Shown: positions 1-8,964 of the stretch, piece after piece
Position numbering within the stretch: the first letter of the stretch is position 1
Layout: each line of letters begins with the position of its first letter
From: an uncultured Planctomycetia bacterium
Lineage (GTDB): Bacteria; Omnitrophota; Gorgyraeia; Tantalellales; Tantalellaceae
DNA: 64,000 nucleotides
Assembly: GCA_964409365.1 (NCBI GenBank)
Contig: CAYPCX010000004.1
Span: 21,015-85,014, forward strand
Direction: 5' to 3'
The notes under the pieces: model-generated
Seen by the model: only the letters and a program-made list of their open reading frames with translations
What the model was told of the DNA's origin: nothing
The model's database searches: none
Program-made: the position numbers and the translations under genes

Positions 1-1
1 A

Positions 2-1402
2 AAAAATACCGACTGGATGAAGAGGATAAGAAAACTGGACGATCTTGACGGTTACCTGGACGAATTGCACGCCCGTAAGCCGGGGGGGAGCTTTAAAAAG
101 AAGATCTCTTTTCTCGCTCTCCGCGACGAGGTGAGGAATTTAGCGCTTAAAGGCGGCGAAAAGCCCCTCTCGACGGATATCTACCAGCTGGTGATAATCC
201 CGGTAATGAAAGAGACGAAAGAGGTCATTGAACCCGGGATAAGGAGCCTTTACGAAGGCACGTTCCCGTCGAAGCAGATAATAGTGGCGCTCGCGCTGGA
301 AGAAAGGGCGAAAGATGAGGTCAAAAAAGGCGTAGAAGAAGTTTGCGCCTCTTACAGGGAGAGGTTCTTCGACATGTTCATAGTGGTGCATCCGGACGGG
401 ATAGCCGGCGAGGCGAAGGCCAAGGGGGCGAATACCACTTTTGCCGCAAAAAAAGCGGCGGAATACCTGACGGGAAAAGACATCCCTTACGGGAACGTCA
501 TATCTTCCTGTTTTGATTCGGATACTGTCGTTACGCCGGATTATTTCGCGGCTCTTACATATTATTACCTGACCTCTCCGGAAAGGGACCGCGCCAGTTT
601 CCAGCCGGTCCCGGTGTACAATAATAATATCTGGGATGCGCCGGGTATCACGCGTGTTCTTGAGACGGGCTCTTCTTTTTTCCAGCTCATCGAGGCCACC
701 AACCCGGAAAAATTAGTGACTTTTTCAAGTCATAGCATGAGCTTCAAGGCTCTTGTGGATGTCGGGTACTGGCCGGTGGACATGATCTCCGACGACTCGG
801 CCATATTCTGGAAAGCGTTCGTTCATTTCGACGGCCGGTACCACGTGGTACCGATGTACGCGACGCTTTCCATGGACGCGGTGGTGGCGGGCACGTGGTG
901 GCAGACCGTCATCAACGTTTATAAGCAGAAAAGGCGGTGGGCCTGGGGAGTGGAGAATTATCCTATAATAATGAGGGCTTTCCTGAAGGACAAACAAATA
1001 TCCTTTTTTGCCAAGCTGAAGCACTCTTTCAAGATGTTCGAGGGGCACATCTCATGGACCACCTGGGCGTTCCTTCTTACCATCATTGGATGGCTTCCGG
1101 CCATATTCGCGGGCAGGGCGTTCTCTCATTCTGTTTTTTATTATAGCGCGCCGCGCATAGCGGGAACGATATTTAACCTTGCTTCGTTCTCGCTTATAAC
1201 CAGCATAGTCCTCAGTTTGCTCCTTTTGCCGAAAAAGAAAGAGAGGCACCACATGTTGAAAAGGGCGGTATTCGCCTGCCAGTGGCTCCTGGTCCCGCTT
1301 ACGATAGTTTTTTTGAGCGCCCTGCCGGCCCTGGACGCGCAGACCAGGCTGATGCTGGGCAAATACATGACGTTCTGGGTGACGGATAAAGGAAGGAAAT
1401 GA
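2..1402 (+). CDS. Processive membrane glycosyltransferase family 2 (5' truncated by window edge)
   Basis: Frame open to window edge; KAKGAN, FDSD (DxD), SDD and QKRRW (QxxRW) motifs; C-terminal TM helices. Confidence 0.85.
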   Translation, partial: KNTDWMKRIRKLDDLDGYLDELHARKPGGSFKKKISFLALRDEVRNLALKGGEKPLSTDIYQLVIIPVMKETKEVIEPGIRSLYEGTFPSKQIIVALALEERAKDEVKKGVEEVCASYRERFFDMFIVVHPDGIAGEAKAKGANTTFAAKKAAEYLTGKDIPYGNVISSCFDSDTVVTPDYFAALTYYYLTSPERDRASFQPVPVYNNNIWDAPGITRVLETGSSFFQLIEATNPEKLVTFSSHSMSFKALVDVGYWPVDMISDDSAIFWKAFVHFDGRYHVVPMYATLSMDAVVAGTWWQTVINVYKQKRRWAWGVENYPIIMRAFLKDKQISFFAKLKHSFKMFEGHISWTTWAFLLTIIGWLPAIFAGRAFSHSVFYYSAPRIAGTIFNLASFSLITSIVLSLLLLPKKKERHHMLKRAVFACQWLLVPLTIVFLSALPALDAQTRLMLGKYMTFWVTDKGRK

Positions 1403-2511
1403 TCCAGGTTACAGGTTACAGGTTACAGGTTACAGGGGTGTGGCGGCGCAGGGTTTTTATATCTCTTGTTACCGCCGGGCTTGTATTTTTTCAGTCCGGA
1501 ACGGCGCATGCCAAGCCGCTGCGTATAGGCACGACTTTCAGCCCGCGCCAGTGCGTGTACCTGGGTATAAGCTGGAAAAAGGTCTACCTCGAGACGCTCG
1601 ATTACGGGTTCGATCTTATCCGGCTCGGCGCCTACTGGAGCGAGATAGAGAGAGCCGAAGGCGTTTATGATTTCACCATTCTGGACTGGCAGATCAAAAA
1701 GGCGAGAGAAAAAAGGATACCGGTAGTGCTTACGCTGGGAATGAAAGCGCCGCGCTGGCCCGAATATTATATACCGGACTGGGTACTGGAAAAAGTCACC
1801 CTTCCTTTGGGCATGGATGTGGCAAAAGACCCTTACCTGAGGGAGCGGACGCTCAAGTTCATCGAAAAGGTCGTGACCCGGTATAGAACGGAGAGGATCA
1901 TACTCTACTGGCAGGTGGAGAACGAGGCGCGCAACCATATCGGGACCAGATACTGGTATATCGGCAGTCATTTTCTCGGGCAGGAAGTCAGGCTGGTGCG
2001 CTCTCTCGACGGCAGAAAAAGGCCGATCATACTGACCGCGGCGACGTATCCCAACAAGATCATGCGTTTCATAGCGCGTATTTTCGTATGGCGGGACCCG
2101 TTCAAGGAATACGCGGAAATAGGCGATATTATCGGCCTGAATGTATATCCTGTAATAGGCCAGAAGATATGGCATATGGAGCGTTATTTCTTCTCCGGCG
2201 TGAAACAGCGAGAGAGTTACTACAAAGGCATTATTGATTATATAAAGGATATGGGCAAGGACGTATGGATAACGGAACTGCAGGCGGAGCCCTGGGAGCC
2301 GGGACAGTTGGTGTACAGGGCGCACGCGGTGCCGCCCACCGGGTGGCCCGAGATGACGAAGGAGTATTTCAGGGAGTTCCGCGAACTTGGGGTCGATACC
2401 ATACTTTTGTGGGGATGCGAATACTGGGCTTTCAGGAAGAAGGTGTTCGGATATGAGAAGTGGCCGGATACCGTACGCGGATTTTTGAAACAAAGGGAAG
2501 AAGTCGAATAA
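1399..2511 (+). CDS. Exported clan GH-A glycoside hydrolase (GH42/GH5-like)
   Basis: Signal-like N-terminus ending AHA; RLGAYW, GMKAPRWPE, WQVENE (acid/base), ITELQAEPW (nucleophile); ATGA overlap with GT2. Confidence 0.75.
   Translation: MIQVTGYRLQVTGVWRRRVFISLVTAGLVFFQSGTAHAKPLRIGTTFSPRQCVYLGISWKKVYLETLDYGFDLIRLGAYWSEIERAEGVYDFTILDWQIKKAREKRIPVVLTLGMKAPRWPEYYIPDWVLEKVTLPLGMDVAKDPYLRERTLKFIEKVVTRYRTERIILYWQVENEARNHIGTRYWYIGSHFLGQEVRLVRSLDGRKRPIILTAATYPNKIMRFIARIFVWRDPFKEYAEIGDIIGLNVYPVIGQKIWHMERYFFSGVKQRESYYKGIIDYIKDMGKDVWITELQAEPWEPGQLVYRAHAVPPTGWPEMTKEYFREFRELGVDTILLWGCEYWAFRKKVFGYEKWPDTVRGFLKQREEVE
1405..1436 (+). repeat. (CAGGTTA)x4 heptamer tandem repeat
   Basis: Directly visible after the GT2 stop, inside the 5' end of the next ORF. 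Confidence 0.95.
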
Positions 2512-2628
2512 GGGGGCGTGAAGGCGCCGCGCACCTTGCCAAAACAGTTTTTACATGATAATATTGGGGCGACTTTCAACGGCCCCCGATCGTTTCTAAA
2601 AAGTCCATATCAAAAGAAAGGAATCACA

Positions 2629-3669
2629 ATGAGAATAGGAATTATGGCCGCCTGGAACACCAACAGCGGGGTGGCCATGCATGCCGAACCCGTGGGGAAG
2701 GCCCTTATCGAGATGGGCCATAAAGTGACGGTGTTCACCTTCCACAAGAACGACTATCACGGGGAGTGGATAACAGCGAAAGATGAAAAATTCGTGAAAA
2801 GGTGTTTCGGCACAAGGACCGGCACGAACGCGCTCGATCCGCGCCCTTTCATGGAACATAAGTACGATATATTGGTGATAGAGGATATAGGCATGTTGCC
2901 GGTCGATAAGCTTAACAATATAATGTCGGTGGTCAAGAAAAAGGCGAAAGTGATACACGTGGTCCACGAGAACAAGATGTGCGATCACTCCTGGTTCTAT
3001 AAAGTAAACTTCGACCGCGTGGTCTATTTCGATCACAGGCAGGATTTCCTTAAAAAGGTTTACTCCGACGCGGTCTATATACCTTTCCCGTGCTATAAGC
3101 TGAGAAAGGGCAACAAAAAGACCGCCAGGAAAAGGCTCAACCTTCCCCTGGACAAGAAAATAATTTATTCTTTCGGACTGAGGGGATACCACTCGTATTA
3201 CCGGGACCTGCCTCCGAAACTTAAAAAAAAGGCGATCCTTTTACATGTCATTCCCAGGGGATACCAGATGCTCGAATCGCTCACACCGGAACCCTGGCGG
3301 ATCATAAGAACAGTGGGTTCCCTTTCTACGCGGGAGTTTGACGATTATCTTTTCGCTTCGGACGCCGCCATTTTTCACAAGTTCCAAAGCCGTTTTCACG
3401 CTGTGCTGTCATCCACCGTCTACCAGTCTCTCGGCACGGGGTGCCCTCTCTTCGTGCCGCAACAGTCGGATTTCTTCCACAATTTCAAGAACGAAGTGGT
3501 ACATTACAGGGATATAACCGCCCTGAACAAAAAGCTGAGCGATTACCTGGGGAGCACGCAAAAAAGGGATCGCCTTTACAAGGAGGCGGAGAAGTTCGTC
3601 ATAGCCCATTCCCCGAGGGCTATCGCCTGGGAGTTCACGAGGTTGTTCGAAGAGCTTTTAGGGCAGTAA
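2629..3669 (+). CDS. GT-B fold (GT4-like) glycosyltransferase
   Basis: MRIGIM..NSGVAMHAE..L..MGHKVTV N-terminus, ARKRLNLP, ASDAAIF; ATG 2629 follows AAAGGA SD. Confidence 0.7.
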   Translation: MRIGIMAAWNTNSGVAMHAEPVGKALIEMGHKVTVFTFHKNDYHGEWITAKDEKFVKRCFGTRTGTNALDPRPFMEHKYDILVIEDIGMLPVDKLNNIMSVVKKKAKVIHVVHENKMCDHSWFYKVNFDRVVYFDHRQDFLKKVYSDAVYIPFPCYKLRKGNKKTARKRLNLPLDKKIIYSFGLRGYHSYYRDLPPKLKKKAILLHVIPRGYQMLESLTPEPWRIIRTVGSLSTREFDDYLFASDAAIFHKFQSRFHAVLSSTVYQSLGTGCPLFVPQQSDFFHNFKNEVVHYRDITALNKKLSDYLGSTQKRDRLYKEAEKFVIAHSPRAIAWEFTRLFEELLGQ

Positions 3670-3691
3670 GGGCGCAAGGTCAGCAAAAGAC

Positions 3692-4711
3692 ATGAAGATC
3701 CTCATCACCGGAGGGGCCGGGTTCATCGGGTGTAATGTCGGCAAGTTCTACCTCGAGAGGGGGGACGAGGTCATCATTCTGGACAATCTTTCCAGGAAAG
3801 GAGCTCCGTCCAATCTCGAATGGTTGAGATCCCTGGGAGACGTTCGGTTCATCAAGCAGGATATCCGTGATTTTGATGGGTTGAGGAACGCCGTGAAGGA
3901 ATGCGGCGAGGTCGACATCCTTTTCCACCTGGCCGCGCAGGTAGCGGTGACCACGTCCGTTGTAGAGCCGCGCGAAGATTTTGAAATAAACGCCCTTGGC
4001 ACGTTCAATCTACTTGAATCCGTCAGACAGAACGGCATGGACCCGGTCATCATATTCGCTTCGACTAACAAAGTCTACGGGGAAATGACGGACCTTGTCG
4101 TGGTGGAAGATGAAGGAAAATACCGCTATGCGGATATGCCTGAAGGGATACCCGAATCCAGGCAGCTCGATTTCCATTCGCCGTACGGATGCTCTAAGGG
4201 GTGCGCCGATCAGTATGCCGTGGATTATGCCAGGATATACGGCTTGAGGACCGTTTGCATGCGGCAATCATGCATTTACGGACCGAGGCAGTTCGGCGTG
4301 GAAGACCAGGGTTGGGTCGCCTGGTTCATTATAGCCACTGTGCTGGGGCATGCGCTGACCATTTACGGCGACGGAAAGCAGGTAAGGGATATACTCCATG
4401 TGCAGGACCTTGTGGAGCTTTTTCATCTCGTGTACGAGAACATAGACAGGGTCAAAGGCATGGCTTTCAACGTGGGCGGCGGAGCCGCGAACCAGATGTC
4501 GCTCCTGGAGCTGGTGGACTTTCTTGGGGAATGGTCCGGTGCAAGGTTGAACCCCGCGTTCGATGACTGGAGGCCCGGTGACCAGAAGATATATGTGAGT
4601 GACATCAACAGGGTTAAGGAATATCTCGGGTGGGAGCCCCGGATAGGAAAAGAGGAGGGCGTCCGGGCGCTATGGGACTGGGTAAAAGCAAACAGGACAT
4701 TATTTAAGTAA
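3692..4711 (+). CDS. rfbE: NAD-dependent epimerase, CDP-paratose 2-epimerase-like
   Basis: GGAGFIG, AAQVAVTTS, STNKVYG, YGCSK, EDQGWVAW. Confidence 0.8.
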   Translation: MKILITGGAGFIGCNVGKFYLERGDEVIILDNLSRKGAPSNLEWLRSLGDVRFIKQDIRDFDGLRNAVKECGEVDILFHLAAQVAVTTSVVEPREDFEINALGTFNLLESVRQNGMDPVIIFASTNKVYGEMTDLVVVEDEGKYRYADMPEGIPESRQLDFHSPYGCSKGCADQYAVDYARIYGLRTVCMRQSCIYGPRQFGVEDQGWVAWFIIATVLGHALTIYGDGKQVRDILHVQDLVELFHLVYENIDRVKGMAFNVGGGAANQMSLLELVDFLGEWSGARLNPAFDDWRPGDQKIYVSDINRVKEYLGWEPRIGKEEGVRALWDWVKANRTLFK

Positions 4712-4759
4712 TTATAAACAATCCAGTTGCGCAATATTCTAACTTTTTATAAATTTTAT

Positions 4760-4788
4760 TTTACAGGTTTCACGTTCTGTGATATAAT
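4760..4788 (+). promoter_or_regulatory. sigma70-type promoter, probably leaderless transcript
   Basis: TTTACA-17-TATAAT with TG extension; ATG 9 nt downstream, no SD. Confidence 0.65.
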
Positions 4789-4797
4789 ACAGGCACG

Positions 4798-5199
4798 ATG
4801 ACTGAAAGAAGGAAATGGAAAAGATACCCGATCGCCTACCCGATCGAGTGTGGGAGGGGGTGTAAGGACCCTTCTATTACATTGCGCGATATAAGTAAAG
4901 GGGGCGTCGCTTTTACTTCCGGTGAAGGTGTGCGTGAGGACGATAAGTTGGACCTGCGCATTTTCCTGAAGAACAGGATGTTCATCCTGAAAGCGATAGT
5001 GGTATACACCAAGAAGATAAAAGAGAAGATCTATAATACAGGCGTGAAGTTCTGTAACGCCCCGAAAGAGTTCCTTGCCATGCTAGAGAAAGAGATCGGA
5101 GAAATAACCGAGATCCACAGAGAAAGCAACCTTTACGAACATAAGGACATTTCTTTCAAAAAAGCTTCTGACGAATATCTTAAGAAGCCCTCCATTTAA
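4798..5199 (+). CDS. PilZ domain protein
   Basis: RRKWKR (RxxxR) and DISKGG (DxSxxG) c-di-GMP binding motifs. Confidence 0.85.
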   Translation: MTERRKWKRYPIAYPIECGRGCKDPSITLRDISKGGVAFTSGEGVREDDKLDLRIFLKNRMFILKAIVVYTKKIKEKIYNTGVKFCNAPKEFLAMLEKEIGEITEIHRESNLYEHKDISFKKASDEYLKKPSI

Positions 5200-5210
5200 G
5201 TCTTGCCGTT

Positions 5211-5238
5211 TTGACCGACGCTTATTTTATGGTATACT
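5211..5238 (+). promoter_or_regulatory. sigma70-type promoter
   Basis: TTGACC-16-TATACT with TG extension; GGAGG SD before GTG 5262. Confidence 0.6.
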
Positions 5239-5261
5239 ACTTCCTTGTAGGGGAGGTAATA

Positions 5262-7517
5262 GTGCCGTTTTCGGAACACGAAATAAAGCTTTTCGACCAG
5301 ATAATAAGAGACCTGGGGCTTGCCATAAAGAACAGCGTGCTGTATTCCACCGACCACCCCGTGTGCGCGCTTGCCATCAATAACCTCAAATCTTCGCTTG
5401 ACAAGTGGTTCCTGGGCAAGGACGGTTTTAATCTCGGGATATCCCAGGATGAACTTTTCCTCGATGGAGAGAACGTAAAAGAAAAGACCGAACGCTATAC
5501 CGAGATCGCGGAATATCTGCACCAGCGGGGGATAGTGTCCCTCGTTTTCCGGACGGGGCTGGACGAGAAAGGGTTAGAGGAATTTTTCGGCTTTATCAAG
5601 CAGGGCGGAAAGGAGATACGGAAAAAAGGGGGAATACGGAAGAACCTGAAAGCCATACCGCATCTTGAGATCAAAGAAGTGGATTACAGCGCGCTCTTGA
5701 CAAGCGCCAAAGGCGGCGGTAAGACCGACGAAGAAAAGATCTGGAAATTCCTTTTCGACGTGACGCAGGAAACCAAGGGAGGCGATATTCCCGAGTCGAA
5801 AGTGGAATTCATGGTGAACTTTTTCGAAAATACCGGCAACGCGGCGAAGGTCCTTAACAGGGTGTACAAGGAAGCGGTAAAGAACCTCCAGGACGAAGAG
5901 ACAGCGGAAGAGATACGCCATACGGTCGCGGAGATATGCAAGTATTTCGAAAAACGCTCCAAGCCCGAGGCGAAAAACCTCAAGGTCAAGCTTATGCATG
6001 TCGTTTCCCAGCTCCATCCGGACCTCATCAATACGCTCTTCGAGCAGACGGTGGTGGACGGCGAGACTTTCGACCTGGTGGAAGATATAACCAGGGATTT
6101 TTCGGACAGTTATATAGCCGGTTTTATCGAGACCCTTATAAGCGGGGAGGACACTTTCAACGAGAACCTGCTGAAGGTATTCGACAAGCTGGCTCCGGAC
6201 GCGCACAAGGCGGACAACGTCGTCGGGATGGTCGCGGACAAGCTTTTCCAGAAAAGGATCCTGAACCCCGACACCCTCTCCAAGCTTCAGATGTCCATCA
6301 AGGAGATATTCAGGGGCCATCCCGAAAGCAGTTTCATGACAGAGCTTTACAAAATAACGGTAGATGCCGTCGTCAACAAGAAGGTCGACACCCTCGTCTA
6401 TGTCGCGAGGCTTTCCCCTATCATAAACAAATTCGTTCAATCCATGGAGGAAGGCAAGCTGAAAAAGGAGGAGATATGGCTGCTCCTCAATATCCTCTGG
6501 CTCGAGAACGATTTTTCCGAGTTCGATAGATTCGGGCGCAAGATAGTGGATGTCCTCCCCGAGCTTCTCGACGGCCGGGAGATAGACAGGATAAAGGACA
6601 TACTGGAGTTTTTCACAGATAAGATGCGTCCCGAACAGAAAGAGGATGAAAAGATCTCGAAAGAAACACAGGAGGTGATGGAACAGATAACCACCAGGGA
6701 GATGAAGGACAGTGTTATCTCTTTCATACCTGACGCCACGCATACAGAGCTGGACGATATTACCGATATACTTAAAAGGTCCGGAGCCGGTTCGGCGAAA
6801 CAGCTTATAGACGCGTTCATTCAGGAAAAGAACCCGGCGCTCAGAAATAAATTCAGGACGGTGCTCTCCAGGATGAAAAAAGAGGTCTCGGAAGAGGTTA
6901 TAGACCGTCTGGAATACAGTGAACCGTACGTGATAAGGGACTTGTTCGGGATACTCAAGGAATACGCGCCCGAGAAGGCGCATCTGGTGGCCCTGAAACT
7001 CATAGTCCATAAGAACCCGCAGGTGCGCTGGGAAGGGCTGGAAGGATTTGAACCCGGGGATGGGGAAGAACTTGAGGCCGTTTTCAGGATGTTCAAGAGA
7101 GAAAGGGACAGGGAGGTCCAGAAAAAGGCGGCCGCGGTACTCTTGAAGACAAGGGATCCCGTTATAATCGAAAGGGTTTTCCGTTACGCGGAGAGGAGCT
7201 TCTTCAGGCCGGGGCTGCTTTTGCGGCTTGTCGAGCTTTGCGGGTATATCCGGTCACAGGAATCGTTCCCGCATCTTAAGAGGATATTCGTCAAGAGGCC
7301 GCTTATCAGCACGAAAAGAAGGGATGAGATCAGGGCGGCGGCGGTGACAAGTCTGGGCCGCCTTCACACGACACAGGCCATGGACCTCATAAAGCACGGT
7401 CTCAGGGATAAGCGGGAAAGGGTAAAAAAGATGTGCGAGATAATCCTTCTTCTCGATGAGAGGGGAGAAATAGAACAAGAGAGTAAAGAAGGTGGTGGCG
7501 ATGCCGGGAGAAGATAA
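5262..7517 (+). CDS. HEAT-repeat protein with N-terminal domain shared with the next gene
   Basis: C-terminal helical repeats (NPQVRWEGL, EIRAAAVTSLG, DKRERVK); GTG start after GGAGG. Confidence 0.7.
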   Translation: MPFSEHEIKLFDQIIRDLGLAIKNSVLYSTDHPVCALAINNLKSSLDKWFLGKDGFNLGISQDELFLDGENVKEKTERYTEIAEYLHQRGIVSLVFRTGLDEKGLEEFFGFIKQGGKEIRKKGGIRKNLKAIPHLEIKEVDYSALLTSAKGGGKTDEEKIWKFLFDVTQETKGGDIPESKVEFMVNFFENTGNAAKVLNRVYKEAVKNLQDEETAEEIRHTVAEICKYFEKRSKPEAKNLKVKLMHVVSQLHPDLINTLFEQTVVDGETFDLVEDITRDFSDSYIAGFIETLISGEDTFNENLLKVFDKLAPDAHKADNVVGMVADKLFQKRILNPDTLSKLQMSIKEIFRGHPESSFMTELYKITVDAVVNKKVDTLVYVARLSPIINKFVQSMEEGKLKKEEIWLLLNILWLENDFSEFDRFGRKIVDVLPELLDGREIDRIKDILEFFTDKMRPEQKEDEKISKETQEVMEQITTREMKDSVISFIPDATHTELDDITDILKRSGAGSAKQLIDAFIQEKNPALRNKFRTVLSRMKKEVSEEVIDRLEYSEPYVIRDLFGILKEYAPEKAHLVALKLIVHKNPQVRWEGLEGFEPGDGEELEAVFRMFKRERDREVQKKAAAVLLKTRDPVIIERVFRYAERSFFRPGLLLRLVELCGYIRSQESFPHLKRIFVKRPLISTKRRDEIRAAAVTSLGRLHTTQAMDLIKHGLRDKRERVKKMCEIILLLDERGEIEQESKEGGGDAGRR

Positions 7518-8964
7518 AAGGCCGGAAGATACAAGACCTGACGATCTGAGAAGCCATGTGGAGGAAGCGATAGTGGCGTTTTCACGCGTCATGCAAGTGA
7601 GCGCCATGTACGGCGAAGCGCACCGGCTCACGGGAGAAGCCATAAACGACCTGTTCGTGAAGCTCGCGAGGGTCTTCATTGAAAGGGACGAGATGACAAT
7701 AGGGGTCATCGGCGACGAGATCGCTTTTGAAAAGGAACCTTTCTATGACGTAAGCGAAAGGATAAAGGGTTTTATCGACCACTTGAAGGAGATAGGGGTC
7801 AAAAAGATAAGTTTCGCCAGGGGGCTCAGCAAGGGGGAGCTTGCGGAGTTCAGCAAGGTGCTTACGATGAAGGCCGAGTTCCTCGAGAAGATGGGGGGCG
7901 TGGAAAAACTTTTCGAGCTGACGAATATACGTAATATAACGATAGGGGAACTGGGTTTTCGCAAAGGCGTGGGGGGTGAAGGACCGGAAGGAGGGCGTCC
8001 CGGCGGCGAAGCCGCGGCAATGGCCGCTATGGACGACGCGACCAAAAAGCAGTACCAGGAAGGCGTTGAGTACCTGTCGAAGACCTATAAGGAGATCAAG
8101 GGGAACCAGCCGATGAACGTCCAGTCCGCGCGGCAGATCGTGGACGGGATGATAAACAACCTCCTCAAGAACAAAAGCATGCTTCTTATGCTTACCTCTC
8201 TCCGGAGTCATGATGAAGGGGGGTTCGTTCACGGTGTCAATGTGACGATATTCACGCTTCTGCAGGCTGAGGTCCTCGGTATCGACAAGAAGTATCTTGC
8301 CGATATAGGCATGGCTTCGCTCCTGCATGACATAGGTAAGATCTCCGCTGCCGGCGAACAGGCAGGGCCGAAAGAAGAGGAGATGACGGAGGACGAAAAG
8401 TATGAAAGGTCCCAGCAGGACGTGCAGGGCGCGAAAATACTTCTCGAGATGGAAGGCATAGGCGTCCTGCCGGCGATAGCTGCCTTTGAGCATGGTATAT
8501 CGTACGACATGTCGGGGCACCCGAAGAAGCTTTACGGTAAGGACGAGCTCAACCTTGTCAGCATGATGATAGCCATATCCGAATACTACGATAAGTTGCG
8601 GACAAGCCCCGAATACCACGAAGAAGGCGGTCCCGAAAAGGCGTACGAGGATATGATGAAGCATTCCGGGACGAAATTTCACCCGGATCTTGTTAAGAAC
8701 TTCTTTTCCCTGATAGGGGTCTATCCTCCCGGAACGCTGGTCGAACTGGACACGGGAGAGATCGCGCTTGTCATCCAGGCCAGCATGCTCGATATCAAAC
8801 GCCCGCAGGTCGAAATACTCTATGACAAGAAAGGGGACAAGCTGGAAGAACCGCGCATTGTCAATCTTCTCGAGAAAGACCAGAAAGGGAAGTATAAGTG
8901 GAGCATAGTAAGATCGATATCGCCTGTAGATAAATTCAACCTTCCGGAGAAATATACCAAATGA
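7501..8964 (+). CDS. HD-GYP family protein (degenerate)
   Basis: HGVNV, LLHDIGK, GHP in place of GYP, FHPDLV..F..LIGVYPPGTLVEL. Confidence 0.8.
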   Translation: MPGEDKRPEDTRPDDLRSHVEEAIVAFSRVMQVSAMYGEAHRLTGEAINDLFVKLARVFIERDEMTIGVIGDEIAFEKEPFYDVSERIKGFIDHLKEIGVKKISFARGLSKGELAEFSKVLTMKAEFLEKMGGVEKLFELTNIRNITIGELGFRKGVGGEGPEGGRPGGEAAAMAAMDDATKKQYQEGVEYLSKTYKEIKGNQPMNVQSARQIVDGMINNLLKNKSMLLMLTSLRSHDEGGFVHGVNVTIFTLLQAEVLGIDKKYLADIGMASLLHDIGKISAAGEQAGPKEEEMTEDEKYERSQQDVQGAKILLEMEGIGVLPAIAAFEHGISYDMSGHPKKLYGKDELNLVSMMIAISEYYDKLRTSPEYHEEGGPEKAYEDMMKHSGTKFHPDLVKNFFSLIGVYPPGTLVELDTGEIALVIQASMLDIKRPQVEILYDKKGDKLEEPRIVNLLEKDQKGKYKWSIVRSISPVDKFNLPEKYTK

